A stretch of 64,000 nt of DNA from a virus (Duplodnaviria; Caudoviricetes). The notes beneath the pieces were generated by a model that was not told the DNA's origin, did no database searches, and saw nothing but the letters and a program-made list of their open reading frames with translations. The position numbers and the translations under genes are program-made. Location of the stretch: IMG/VR virus record IMGVR_UViG_3300042350_003801; one strand, written 5' to 3'. Within the stretch, counting starts at the first letter, position 1; every line of letters begins with the position of its first letter. Below, piece after piece: positions 17,243 through 27,450 of the stretch.

Positions 17243-17998
17243 TTATTTATTGGGGTTTTTAGGTTGAATACCAACAACTCTTTGTATCCTATTAGTTCCC
17301 GTTCTTAGTTGCCGTTGAGTTACGTTTGCTTCAGTTCTTGATGGGTTTCCTCTGGGACTAATTGAACGTTGCGAGGATTGATTATCCGCTTGAGATGGTA
17401 AACGTCTTACCGGTTTTACTGGGTTACCTGAGACTGATTCTGGCGGTTTAGTTGCTTGTTTGGATTTTTTCTTTTCAGTTGGAGCAGAATCTCTTCTAGA
17501 TAAATTATCAGACTCGTCTCTACTGTATCTCTGAGATGGGGTTCCACCCACTTTTGCACCAACATTAATAGTTGAACTAATGTTAGGATTGAAAACTTGT
17601 GAAGAGTTTTGACCGGGTTTCACTCCTTTAAAAGAAGTAGTTGTTGGGGAAAAATCAGATTGTGAGATAAGCGGTGAACCTCTCCCAGTTGTAACTTTAG
17701 AGTGAGGTTTATTTGGATTTTCTCCAGCCCTTGCTAGGATTTGATTAGCCGCTGCAGTTCTCCCCCTTTGACCCAATGTTGGTAGTTCTCCACCTCTAGG
17801 ATTCGGTCTATCTTTTTGAGCACCAGAAGTTGACCGATAAGGATCAACCGCTCTATTTTGTGCTCTTCTTGTTTCAATTTGTCCTCTGCGACTCGCTCGT
17901 TCTTCTGGAGATAGAGCCTCATTTAAAATATAATCAAAAAACCATCCCTGTTTTGTTGCGGCCCCCGCTTCGGTTAAGAAATCGTCAAAAGTTTTCAT
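17243..17998 (-). CDS. basic low-complexity probable head-internal protein
   Basis: N-terminus MKTFDDFLTEA. Confidence 0.55.
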   Translation of the reverse strand: MKTFDDFLTEAGAATKQGWFFDYILNEALSPEERASRRGQIETRRAQNRAVDPYRSTSGAQKDRPNPRGGELPTLGQRGRTAAANQILARAGENPNKPHSKVTTGRGSPLISQSDFSPTTTSFKGVKPGQNSSQVFNPNISSTINVGAKVGGTPSQRYSRDESDNLSRRDSAPTEKKKSKQATKPPESVSGNPVKPVRRLPSQADNQSSQRSISPRGNPSRTEANVTQRQLRTGTNRIQRVVGIQPKNPNK

Positions 17999-18399
17999 TT
18001 TTGCCTTTTAGTTTTTCCCTTTAATGCTGCACCAACCTTTGCTCTAGCTGAAGGCTGAATTTCAGCTAATCTCCGGGAAATAGACTGAATAGATGAATCA
18101 TCACCTTTCTGCATTGCAGTTCGCATTTGCCCGCGAAGTCTCGCAAGTTCTCCTGCAACTTCACTATCTTCAGATGCTTCAACGATAGAATCAATCCATT
18201 GCTCGCTCATATTAGCCATAAGAACCTGGGCATCTTCAATAGTATCGGCGAAACCTTCACCTAGTAGGTGTTCTAGAACTACGTCGTATAGGTCATATTC
18301 GTATGAGGTATTAAGTTCGCCCACTTCTTCACTAAGAACATCCTGGCGGTAAACATCACCATAAGATTGATATAGTTCCCAAAACTGACTGCCGTTCAT
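17995..18399 (-). CDS. probable virion internal protein
   Basis: YDVVLEHLLGEGFADTIEDAQVLMANMS motif. Confidence 0.55.
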   Translation of the reverse strand: MNGSQFWELYQSYGDVYRQDVLSEEVGELNTSYEYDLYDVVLEHLLGEGFADTIEDAQVLMANMSEQWIDSIVEASEDSEVAGELARLRGQMRTAMQKGDDSSIQSISRRLAEIQPSARAKVGAALKGKTKRQK

Positions 18400-18469
18400 T
18401 TGATTAGTTAAAATACTCTAACTATTTAGAATATTAAAAAAGGACAGCAATTTGCCGTCCTTTGGATTA

Positions 18470-18619
18470 TTATTGATTTGTTACAAATTTAAAAAATCTT
18501 TCCGCGACTGTAAGAATATCATCCACTGTGGCTTCATTATCTCCGTTTCTACCTTTTGCGATTTCTCTAGCCACGTAAATTATATCAAGTTTAAGTCTAT
18601 AGCGTTGTAGTTCGTCCAT
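18470..18619 (-). CDS. small hypothetical protein (49 aa)
   Basis: Translated by eye; GAGG RBS. Confidence 0.45.
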   Translation of the reverse strand: MDELQRYRLKLDIIYVAREIAKGRNGDNEATVDDILTVAERFFKFVTNQ

Positions 18620-18628
18620 TTTTTTACC

Positions 18629-18784
18629 TCAAAGATTTGTAAGTTGGTCAATTACTTTACGAATCCGAACAATCCGTTCAGGAGTGTGCTCGGTTCCATA
18701 GCCCCGTTGATGTTCAATAAGAACATCACGAATATCTGTTGCTTCTTCAGTTGTTAGATTCAGTTTGTGTGTTTGCGGTTTCAT
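18629..18784 (-). CDS. small hypothetical protein (51 aa, MKPQTHKLNLTTEEA...)
   Basis: Translated by eye. Confidence 0.45.
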   Translation of the reverse strand: MKPQTHKLNLTTEEATDIRDVLIEHQRGYGTEHTPERIVRIRKVIDQLTNL

Positions 18785-19427
18785 CTTCTACCTGTCCATA
18801 TCTTAGTTTATATTTATTGAATTTTTTATTTTTTAAAACACTGTATAGTACGCAATTTTTTAAATTTGAAAAATATTCTACCAATTCTTCCTTACTATCA
18901 AAAACGATACTATTAACCATATAAGGTTTATGATTATAAGAAAATGTTGAAGATTTTGAGAACCCAATAAAATAATCTTTGATGGCATCAATAATTTCTA
19001 ATGATTCTTCTCTAGAATACATCTCTTGATCCATAGAAGTTAAATCGCTCAAAAAAACTTCTAAATATTCTTCAAAATTTCTTGTGAAGTTATACTCTTT
19101 TTCCGGTAGGGGTTCATCTTCCCATTTTCCATCTAAAGTGGAATCGTTTCTAAGTGCTCGTTGTTTAATTTCTTCAAACTCTTTAAGGTCATTTGAAATC
19201 TTATCATTAATGACACACTGAATTTTGTAAACATTTGTAGAATAATCAATTGCAGTTTCATCCTCAAGAAGATGCTCAACAGTATTACCAATGTCACTAG
19301 CAAAATAACTATAAGCATCAAGAATAAGATTTGTAGTTAAACCATCTTTATTTTTTCTATCTAAAAATTCTTGTAGTCGTTTTTTAGACTCTTCTTCTAT
19401 ATGTTTTATGAATTCTTGAGCATTCAT
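18747..19427 (-). CDS. hypothetical protein
   Basis: ORF track, coupled to mazG. Confidence 0.65.
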   Translation of the reverse strand: MNAQEFIKHIEEESKKRLQEFLDRKNKDGLTTNLILDAYSYFASDIGNTVEHLLEDETAIDYSTNVYKIQCVINDKISNDLKEFEEIKQRALRNDSTLDGKWEDEPLPEKEYNFTRNFEEYLEVFLSDLTSMDQEMYSREESLEIIDAIKDYFIGFSKSSTFSYNHKPYMVNSIVFDSKEELVEYFSNLKNCVLYSVLKNKKFNKYKLRYGQVEDETANTQTESNN

Positions 19428-19834
19428 ACATCACATTCCTTACGGTTTTCAGAACGGCTTGCGACAAATGTTCCCTCGGGATAACGAGCCGATAGTTTTT
19501 CAAAGTTCATCTGAATTACCTCATCTAGAGATACACCTAATGCAGTACAGGCCATTTGAACGTAAAATTGCACATCTCCTAATTCTTTCTTCAATTTAGT
19601 AATATTCTCTTCGTTATATGGTTTGGATTGCCATAAAATCTTCTTTATAAGGTCGGTAAACTCCCCAGCCTCTGCAACAATACCGTGAGATGCGGTAAGA
19701 AGTTGTGGGACGCTTACACCTTGTTCTTGTAGTTCGTCAATTCTGGCCTTAAGAACTTCAACATCGGAAGAAGTCTTTGAAGTTACTTGAGTAACAAAAT
19801 TTGCATATTCAGTTGTGGTGATTTGTTGTGTCAT
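19424..19834 (-). CDS. mazG: MazG nucleotide pyrophosphohydrolase
   Basis: AEAGEFTDLIKK..KELGDVQFY..N.EKL..RYP. Confidence 0.92.
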   Translation of the reverse strand: MTQQITTTEYANFVTQVTSKTSSDVEVLKARIDELQEQGVSVPQLLTASHGIVAEAGEFTDLIKKILWQSKPYNEENITKLKKELGDVQFYVQMACTALGVSLDEVIQMNFEKLSARYPEGTFVASRSENRKECDV

Positions 19835-19845
19835 AATGTTTTCAA

Positions 19846-20307
19846 TCAGTTAGGATTAGTTGTTTCGGTATTAATAATTAAAAATTTATCTATAGAGATA
19901 TATTCAATTACGGGTGGTACTTCTAGTTTTTTTCCAGTATATTCGGAAATATCATTGAGTTCTTCTTGGGCCAAGAGTGATTTCAAAGTTCCCTCGCGCT
20001 CAGATTTTTCTTCAGGCGACAAAACGCGGCTATAATACCCAAAGAATCCATAATTATTGGAGCTATGGTTAGTATCACTATCGCAACGTAAAATTTGTTC
20101 TTCAATTCCAGACATAGTTGAGAACAAAAGTTTACTAGGTATCTCAATATTCAAATTATTTAATTTTTCGGCTAGATAATCTTTTTCTATTTCTTTTGTA
20201 GTTTTTGAATTTGGATGGTATTCAATTTCAAGATTTTCATTCTCATTGAAAGTGTCAAGAAGCATTTGTCGCGTTTTTTCAGAGATGGTATACATAATTT
20301 CAATCAA
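19846..20307 (-). CDS. hypothetical protein
   Basis: ORF track. Confidence 0.6.
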   Translation of the reverse strand: MIEIMYTISEKTRQMLLDTFNENENLEIEYHPNSKTTKEIEKDYLAEKLNNLNIEIPSKLLFSTMSGIEEQILRCDSDTNHSSNNYGFFGYYSRVLSPEEKSEREGTLKSLLAQEELNDISEYTGKKLEVPPVIEYISIDKFLIINTETTNPN

Positions 20308-20731
20308 AGTTAAAGTTTTTGAATTTGGATTTGAAGTCTTTCTTTTCTGGTTCTAAATCTACTATTTCTACAAGTGTGTCCTGGGCTTCTTGCTCTACAT
20401 CATACAGCCTCATCTTTGCCCTATCTATGCCAACCGTAAACCGACGATATGGGTCTAGTGCTCCGTAACGATTCTTGAGTTGTTTAACAAGAATCTGATT
20501 AAGACCTTCTAGTTCTTCGGTTGAAATAAGACCAAACATATAATCAACAGTATGTGTAATACCAATACTTTCAGATGTATCCGAGAGGTTTAAGTCTGAA
20601 CTGGAAATTGCACTATTATGAGTTAAAATATTATTAGCAAAAAATAAATTATCGCCAGATACCTCAATATCTATAGTTTCTTCAATTCCAATTTTCTCAA
20701 TAGAAACAATCTCATCTACAAAAATTTGCAT
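20300..20731 (-). CDS. 41: gp41 helicase C-terminal fragment with split-intein IntC (39 aa, 20615-20731)
   Basis: MQIF..IDIEVSGDNLFFANNILTHN/S then SDTSESIG..KQLKNRY..GIDRAKMRLYD. Confidence 0.93.
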   Translation of the reverse strand: MQIFVDEIVSIEKIGIEETIDIEVSGDNLFFANNILTHNSAISSSDLNLSDTSESIGITHTVDYMFGLISTEELEGLNQILVKQLKNRYGALDPYRRFTVGIDRAKMRLYDVEQEAQDTLVEIVDLEPEKKDFKSKFKNFNFD

Positions 20732-22047
20732 TTTTCATACTCCGTGAATTCCATTAAACTGAACATTTTTTCTAAGTCTTCTGTTATTTTCCAAGACCGA
20801 AGAATTAAAACATTGTAACCACGTTGCTCTGCTATCCATTTTTTAAAAAAATCTCTGTTATACTCAAAGTTGTTAATATTCTCTTTAGTGGCCATAAGTG
20901 TCGAATTGTAATCTATATCACTATGAAATTTAGCTCCATGATATTCTATTATTAAATTTGATTTTGGAATATAAAAATCATAGAAAAAGTATCTATTTTT
21001 GTTATATATTTTATGCTCATTTAAAGTTAGGAAAATTCCTATTTCGTCTTCTCTATAGAGACATTTTTTACCTCTTTTTTTTAAAATTTCATTTAATTTA
21101 TTAAAATAAAATAGAGATTCTTTTGAAAATTTAGAAATTTTTTTATTTCTTTCCCAGTGTATTTTTGATATGATTTCAAAAGATATATCTTCTGGGATAT
21201 TTCTTTTTTCATAGTATTCAATACACATCGGATTGGCTTCTTTATGTCTTTTAATGAATTCTTCGTATTTTATCCGGCCATCTTTTTCCCCATATCTTGC
21301 TATAAATGAATGAATTGAATTATTATCCCATCTATTGAGAATTTCTATTCTTATTTCATCGTAAGATGCTCCTTCATTTAACATTTTTTTAATAAGAGTT
21401 TCTTTATTTAAAGATTTGGATTTTTTGTCATTCAACTCTTTAAATTTTTTTAACCCTTCTTCCTCACCGTATTTTAAAATTTTGGCGTTTAATGTATTAT
21501 TTTCGCCCTGTTTTTTAGAAAAATCAATATAATGTTTTTCCCAGTCGTCACCATACCTTTTTTTAAATGCCCTTTTAGAAGTTCCGAATCCAGTAAAGTC
21601 CCAAAATTCTCTAAAAACTATGGGTCCTTCTATTTCACCGTGTCTTTTAATGCACATTTCAAGTGACATAGATTTTGATTTATTATATTCTTCATATTTT
21701 ATTTTTCCATCAATTTCCCCATATTTTGTAATAAATTTTTCCAGTGTTTGTTTGCAATTGTTATTTTTTTGTTCATATCTTCTTTTACCCTCTTCGTCAC
21801 CATACCTAAGTTTAGATGCTTCCAGAGATGAGGAATCTTTACTATATTTTAATAGTTCAATTGTTCTTCCGTAAATATTATCCAATCCGAGATTAATTTG
21901 TTTGGAAATTACTTTCATTCTAGAATGTATTGAAAATTCTCCTCTATTATGACATTCAACTAATTTTTTAAGGTCTTCTTCATACGAATCAATATTTTTC
22001 AGGCCGGACAAAATTTTTAATCTATCCATCAAATAAGGTAATTCCAT
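20716..22047 (-). CDS. free-standing Vsr/DUF559-like homing endonuclease between the split-intein halves
   Basis: Repeated (Y/H)GE..G motifs; C-terminal FYDFYIPK.NLIIEYHG..FH; ATG at 22047 follows late promoter CATAAATA. Confidence 0.75.
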   Translation of the reverse strand: MELPYLMDRLKILSGLKNIDSYEEDLKKLVECHNRGEFSIHSRMKVISKQINLGLDNIYGRTIELLKYSKDSSSLEASKLRYGDEEGKRRYEQKNNNCKQTLEKFITKYGEIDGKIKYEEYNKSKSMSLEMCIKRHGEIEGPIVFREFWDFTGFGTSKRAFKKRYGDDWEKHYIDFSKKQGENNTLNAKILKYGEEEGLKKFKELNDKKSKSLNKETLIKKMLNEGASYDEIRIEILNRWDNNSIHSFIARYGEKDGRIKYEEFIKRHKEANPMCIEYYEKRNIPEDISFEIISKIHWERNKKISKFSKESLFYFNKLNEILKKRGKKCLYREDEIGIFLTLNEHKIYNKNRYFFYDFYIPKSNLIIEYHGAKFHSDIDYNSTLMATKENINNFEYNRDFFKKWIAEQRGYNVLILRSWKITEDLEKMFSLMEFTEYEKCKFL

Positions 22048-22103
22048 TCTATTTTTATCGGCAACACAATTATTTATGTAAAACAATATTTGCGTCGCCG
22101 TAA

Positions 22104-23429
22104 TTATTGTTTTACAAACAATTTATCTCCAACCGATAAGCCACTGAGTATATTCCTTTCCCCCATAACAGTTGGAAAAATATGTTTATTTGAACAACGT
22201 ATCTTTTTACCAGATTTCGTTGTAATTTCGTAAACTTGTTGTTTCTCAACCGCAAAAACATTTTTAACTATAACCGGTTTTGTATGAGATTCAATAATGT
22301 CACCCACTCTAATGTCTTTTATTGTAACAATTTCTCCTGAAGATTTAGTGACGTTTGTGTTTAAACTCAAACACCTATTTGTTTGAGTTGCACTAATAAC
22401 CGGAACATCAAACTCCACGGCAATTGAACGCACTTCTTCTGCAATAGATTTTACGATTGTATAGCTATTTGCCTGGCCATTATTTTTATAACGGCTGGAA
22501 GCACAGATATTTAGATAGTCAACGATAATCACATCAGGAGTAAATGACTTCTTCAGTTTTAGTTCATTGATAAATGCCCTAAAGTGACCGGCGTGTGCCG
22601 ATACAGGAGGATACTCTTTAACAATTAATTTGCCTTGGGTTTTGGAAGATAGGCGCTTAACCTTTGAATCAAAATCAGATTTTGCAATCTTTGCGAAATC
22701 TTTAATGTCTACATCAAGAAGATTTGCATCAATTCTCTGAGCAATCTTTTTTTCCGACATTTCAAGAGTAATGTAAAGAACATTCTTACCTTGAAGAAGA
22801 TATGATGCAGCAAAGTGGCACATTACCAAACTTTTTCCTATACCCGTAGAAGCAATGAGAACCGTAAGTGTTTTAGCTAAAAGACCACCATCAGTAATCC
22901 TATTAAAATAAGACAAGTCAAACGGTAGTTTTTCTTCTTTTAGAATATAAGATTCATAACGAGCATCTGAATCTTCAAGATAATCGTGGCCAATATGACT
23001 ATCAAAACTTACGGCAAGAGCATCACTAAGAATTGATGGAATTGCTTCTTTTGTAAGTTTTGAGTCGCTACCATCCGCAATCTGAATACATTCACGAATG
23101 GCAAGATAAACTGCCCTATCTTTACACCATTGTTCAGTTGTTTTTAGTAGCCATTCTTTCTCTGCTGGTTCATCGGAGAGACCAGAAACAATCTCTACAA
23201 TATTTGCAAACGACTCCTCGTTTAAGTCGGTTCTTTTTTCCAACTCAATATAAAGAGATTCTTGAGTTGGAAGTGCATTGTATTCAACAACGAATGATGA
23301 AATTTCATCATAAAGGACCTTTTGCAAGGAGTCATTAAAGTATTCAGTTTTGATAAACGGAAGAACTTTTCTTGTGAAGTCTTCATTGTATATTAAGTTT
23401 CTAAGAATTAGTGCTTCAGTTGTTTCCAT
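22104..23429 (-). CDS. 41: gp41 helicase N-terminal fragment with split-intein IntN (89 aa, 22104-22373)
   Basis: ASTGIGKS Walker A, IIVDYLNI, SATQTNR/CLSLNT...CSNKHIFPT. Confidence 0.95.
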   Translation of the reverse strand: METTEALILRNLIYNEDFTRKVLPFIKTEYFNDSLQKVLYDEISSFVVEYNALPTQESLYIELEKRTDLNEESFANIVEIVSGLSDEPAEKEWLLKTTEQWCKDRAVYLAIRECIQIADGSDSKLTKEAIPSILSDALAVSFDSHIGHDYLEDSDARYESYILKEEKLPFDLSYFNRITDGGLLAKTLTVLIASTGIGKSLVMCHFAASYLLQGKNVLYITLEMSEKKIAQRIDANLLDVDIKDFAKIAKSDFDSKVKRLSSKTQGKLIVKEYPPVSAHAGHFRAFINELKLKKSFTPDVIIVDYLNICASSRYKNNGQANSYTIVKSIAEEVRSIAVEFDVPVISATQTNRCLSLNTNVTKSSGEIVTIKDIRVGDIIESHTKPVIVKNVFAVEKQQVYEITTKSGKKIRCSNKHIFPTVMGERNILSGLSVGDKLFVKQ

Positions 23430-23435
23430 TCATTA

Positions 23436-24476
23436 TCATTCTTCGGTTTCTTCTTCTTCGTTTTCTACATTTAAACTTGAGCCATACTTAAACTTTTTCT
23501 GGGCATAAACATCAATCTGTTCTAGAACATCTTGTGTGAAGAAAGTTTCAGGATTATTCATAATTTCTTTTTCCCAAAACTTCTTCTCACCAAAAACATA
23601 ACGATTTCCAACTCGTTCAATAATACCACCTTCTACTGCAAGAGGCAATAGTCCATAATAGCGGTCAAGACCACGTTCATCATAGAATAACCTTACCTCT
23701 ACATCACGATTTTCTCTGGATAGACGCGATTTTACTGTTTTAAATTTTAGAATAGCCCCAATAACTTCTGTTCCCTCTTTTTCCTTTGATTTTGAAATAA
23801 ACAAGATTGAAGATGCCGAAAATTTGAGACCTGAACCCCCCGACATATCTTTAGGGGAATACATTGACATTGAACTATAAAGGTGATTATTTACTATCAT
23901 AGGAACATTTGCTTCACCTAGCTTCAATGTTAACATCCTAAAAGCCCCTTTAATAAGTTGGGCCTTAGTCATATCCCTAGTATCCTTTTCATCTAAAGCA
24001 TCTCCAATCTCTTTATTGGTAGAGAGCATACCTAGGGAATCTAAAACAATAAAAAAGGGTTTTCGCTCCACTTCAGGTTTCTTCAAATACATATCAATAA
24101 TTTTAAGAGCCTTAGAGCGAAACTCTTCTACTGTTACAACATTACTGATAATCACTCTGTTAACATCAATTCCACGCTCTAATAGTAGAGTCTTATTGAT
24201 TCCAGATTCAGTATCAAAATATAGACAAATTCCTTCTTCATTTTTATTAAGGAACTCTTTAACTACATTTAGGGCAATAAATGTTTTACCACACGATTCA
24301 TCGGCAGCTAAGGCGGTAATTCTCTTTTGTGAAATCCCACCAAAAATACTACCAGAAATTAGGGCATTAAGAACATAGGAGCCGGTATCTAAGAAAGTCT
24401 CGGCTTCCTTAATTTCGGAAGCGAGTTGAGTATATTCACTTTTAATTTCTTTTAAAATATCTTTTAAAAAGTCCAT
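23436..24476 (-). CDS. uvsX: RecA-like recombinase UvsX
   Basis: ADESCGKT, YFDTE, DSLG, SGGSGLKF. Confidence 0.95.
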   Translation of the reverse strand: MDFLKDILKEIKSEYTQLASEIKEAETFLDTGSYVLNALISGSIFGGISQKRITALAADESCGKTFIALNVVKEFLNKNEEGICLYFDTESGINKTLLLERGIDVNRVIISNVVTVEEFRSKALKIIDMYLKKPEVERKPFFIVLDSLGMLSTNKEIGDALDEKDTRDMTKAQLIKGAFRMLTLKLGEANVPMIVNNHLYSSMSMYSPKDMSGGSGLKFSASSILFISKSKEKEGTEVIGAILKFKTVKSRLSRENRDVEVRLFYDERGLDRYYGLLPLAVEGGIIERVGNRYVFGEKKFWEKEIMNNPETFFTQDVLEQIDVYAQKKFKYGSSLNVENEEEETEE

Positions 24477-24483
24477 ACGTTAA

Positions 24484-26982
24484 TCATCCAAATAAAAAGT
24501 CTAGTGAACTTGTCTCTACTGTATTCCAACCGATAACATCCAAAATTGCCTTAAGAGGTGAAATGAATGTCTTTTCAAACTGTGTATTATAGTCTACAAA
24601 CTTATTTAACCCCAACTCGGTTGGAAATCTTTGAATGAATGCAATTGCATTTTCATTAATTGGGTTTGGCATTTTAAGATAACAGAACTTGATCTTTTCC
24701 CCGTCTTTAATCAAAGGGTATTTCATTTCTAGTTTCTTCTCTTTGATGTGTCTATTGTAAATCAGTGAGGCTCTAGATTGAATGGGTGTTCCTGATATGT
24801 AAGAGTTATTATGCGCTGCATATTTATTGACGTTGCTGACGCTTTTTGGGAATGATACCTCTTCTGGAGTAAGAGTAAAAAACTCTTTCTTGCAAACACT
24901 GATAAAATCAATAATGTCTTTATTGTCTCCATTAAGAATAAGTTTAATTCCTTCGCGGATTTTATTTCTGCAATAGGCCGGAGTTGAAGACTTAATTGCA
25001 GAGATTCCAGAGATAACAATCTTTGGTTCTGCAAATCTTAATCCTTCATTGTCCCAGACGTTCATTATGTAGTTCTTCTTTGCAACCCATAGCCCAGATG
25101 AGCAGAGTTTTTCTCTTTTCATACTGAGTTGTCTATCAAAAGATCCAAGGGTATCACAAATTTCATTAAATGAATTATCAATGCACTCTTGAACTTTAGT
25201 GGAGCAAACCTTATCCATAAAGTCAATGATTTTACTCATATCAACTTCTTTATCGCCAAAAATACGCTGAATTATCGGTTCAAAATTAACCATAATGGAA
25301 TCGGTATCCATTGCAATGGCAAAGTCAAAGTCTTGGGTTCCGGCAATCTTATTAAGAAAGGCATTCATCTTTTTCTCCAGCCAGCGAATAATTGCCTGAC
25401 CAGTGTAAGTGATTGCCTCTGCGTTTCTCAGGTCATAATATCTAAAATACTCACAACCTAGGGTGCCAAATGCCGAGTTAAGAACTGTTTTCTTTACGTT
25501 CTGATAATTGTTGTAAACGGTGATCTTTTTCTTGATTTCTTCTGATGGATTATTTTCATATTCAGCTTTGGCTGCTAACATCATCTTTTTATAGATAACA
25601 CGTTCATTATAAAGTTTTTCCATCAATTTTGGTAGAAAACCTTGTTGTGACTTATCATACATTGAACCATTAGCACATACGCTATATTCTGTATCATTTG
25701 TAAACTCCTCGGAAAGAATAGTGTCTACAGAAATATCAGTATTTCGTTGTCTTACAAGAGTCTCGGGACTGATGTTAAAGGTGCGAATAATTGAAGGATA
25801 TAGAGAATGAACGTCATATGTTACAACGTAATTAAACTTACCAACCTGGGTTTGTTTTACATATGCACCCTTGAACTTCTCGGTTTTTAGAGTTATCTCT
25901 TGCCTTTGTGGAATACATATATTCTCCTTTCTGAGGTAGTTGTAAATGATTGAATCCCACATTCTACTTTGAAAGAAAACATCTTCAAAGTTTACTCTTG
26001 TATCAAATGCCATTGCAAGTGATAATCCAATAAGACCCAAATGCTCTTCTAGTCTACTTACAAGTTCACAGTCTTTAATATTATAAAGCGTGAATGTTGT
26101 AAAGTCCTGAGTATAGAAATCAGCAAAAGTCTCATACTGTGTGTGGTCTAATTTTGAATCACCTAGAATCTCTTGGGCAACTGTATCTAGTCTATTATTC
26201 TCTAACTTAATTCCACTGAACTTTTTAAAGAGAGCAAGAAAGTCAAGGCAAGAAGTTCCAGAAATCTCATAAACATATTCTTCTCTATTTGAATTTTCAA
26301 CTCTTACTTTACGCTCTCTGATATACTTCCATACTGATAGCCTTTTTGCATCAGCCTCAGATAAAGTAACCGCAATCCTGCGAAGAAGATACGGCATATC
26401 AAAAAACTCGCAGTTAAACCCAGAGACAATATCTGGATAATCAGATTCCCAGAATTGGATGAACTGCTCTAGCAAGTCCATCTCATTTTTACACTCAAAG
26501 TAGATGTTATTTTCTACTTTTTCTGCAAACGGACGGCTACCCCAGGTATAGGTTTTCTTTGTTGCAAAATCTTGAATTGTAATAAGAAGAACTTCTTCTC
26601 TTACTTGCTCAACGTTAGGAAAACCATAAGTTGAAGTCGTCTCAATGTCAATGATGTAAATTTTCATCTTCTTGACATCAAACTCAATATTCTCTTCTGG
26701 ATAATTGTCCGAAATATATTGATTTATTGGAGAAATATCCCCATAGATTGAAAAGTTGTCAATGTCTTTATATTTGTTAATAAACTCTCTTGTATCCCTG
26801 ATGGTTCCAGGCCAAACTGGTTTTAGATAATCACCTTGTAGAGTTTTATATTTTGAGGGTTCTGGGCTTTTTAAAAATAAGGTAGGCTGATATTCAATTC
26901 TATTTTTAAAGGAAACTCCATCTTCATAACCCCGAACATAGATGTAGTTTCCTAGTTGCTTTACATTTGTATAAAATCTCAT
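24484..26982 (-). CDS. 43: family B DNA polymerase gp43
   Basis: DIET exonuclease, YDVHSLYPS, KTVLNSAFG, MDTDS motifs. Confidence 0.97.
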   Translation of the reverse strand: MRFYTNVKQLGNYIYVRGYEDGVSFKNRIEYQPTLFLKSPEPSKYKTLQGDYLKPVWPGTIRDTREFINKYKDIDNFSIYGDISPINQYISDNYPEENIEFDVKKMKIYIIDIETTSTYGFPNVEQVREEVLLITIQDFATKKTYTWGSRPFAEKVENNIYFECKNEMDLLEQFIQFWESDYPDIVSGFNCEFFDMPYLLRRIAVTLSEADAKRLSVWKYIRERKVRVENSNREEYVYEISGTSCLDFLALFKKFSGIKLENNRLDTVAQEILGDSKLDHTQYETFADFYTQDFTTFTLYNIKDCELVSRLEEHLGLIGLSLAMAFDTRVNFEDVFFQSRMWDSIIYNYLRKENICIPQRQEITLKTEKFKGAYVKQTQVGKFNYVVTYDVHSLYPSIIRTFNISPETLVRQRNTDISVDTILSEEFTNDTEYSVCANGSMYDKSQQGFLPKLMEKLYNERVIYKKMMLAAKAEYENNPSEEIKKKITVYNNYQNVKKTVLNSAFGTLGCEYFRYYDLRNAEAITYTGQAIIRWLEKKMNAFLNKIAGTQDFDFAIAMDTDSIMVNFEPIIQRIFGDKEVDMSKIIDFMDKVCSTKVQECIDNSFNEICDTLGSFDRQLSMKREKLCSSGLWVAKKNYIMNVWDNEGLRFAEPKIVISGISAIKSSTPAYCRNKIREGIKLILNGDNKDIIDFISVCKKEFFTLTPEEVSFPKSVSNVNKYAAHNNSYISGTPIQSRASLIYNRHIKEKKLEMKYPLIKDGEKIKFCYLKMPNPINENAIAFIQRFPTELGLNKFVDYNTQFEKTFISPLKAILDVIGWNTVETSSLDFLFG

Positions 26983-27347
26983 CCGTTAAGTAGTGCTTCG
27001 TATTTTGACTGTAGCACTGCATTTGGCTTAGCTAGTGTTAACATCTTATCAGAATTAATGACAAATCTATTTGAATCGGTATATTCTAATAGATATGGAG
27101 AAAGTGTAGAGAGATTTGCATCTTCTATAACAAATGGCTCAATCATAACCCATTCATTTTCTCCGTCTTCATCTACATTTTTAACTAGTTGAGTAATCAG
27201 AATAATATGTGGAAAAACTACAATCCAGGCTTCTACTTCTTTTTTTCTTTTTGGGAGTGTTATTTTCTTTTTCGCTTTTTCTCTTGTCGATTGCGGTGCC
27301 GGGGCAGCTTGTGGCATATTAACTTCAGTTAGCATTGTTTCAATCAT
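26979..27347 (-). CDS. conserved hypothetical protein
   Basis: ORF between hsp20 and gp43. Confidence 0.65.
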   Translation of the reverse strand: MIETMLTEVNMPQAAPAPQSTREKAKKKITLPKRKKEVEAWIVVFPHIILITQLVKNVDEDGENEWVMIEPFVIEDANLSTLSPYLLEYTDSNRFVINSDKMLTLAKPNAVLQSKYEALLNG

Positions 27348-27450
27348 TTCATTCTTGTAAAATAGTAAAAAAATAGCAGGGCGGTATCTGATATGTGCCA
27401 GATGCCCTGCTTTTAATTGGCAACGATAATTAGGGAGCAGCCCGTTCTAT

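Noticed and set aside
22048-22086. TTG start for the intein-associated nuclease given by the ORF track
   Set aside because: A late promoter and the regulatory arm lie inside this stretch; ATG at 22047 is more plausible
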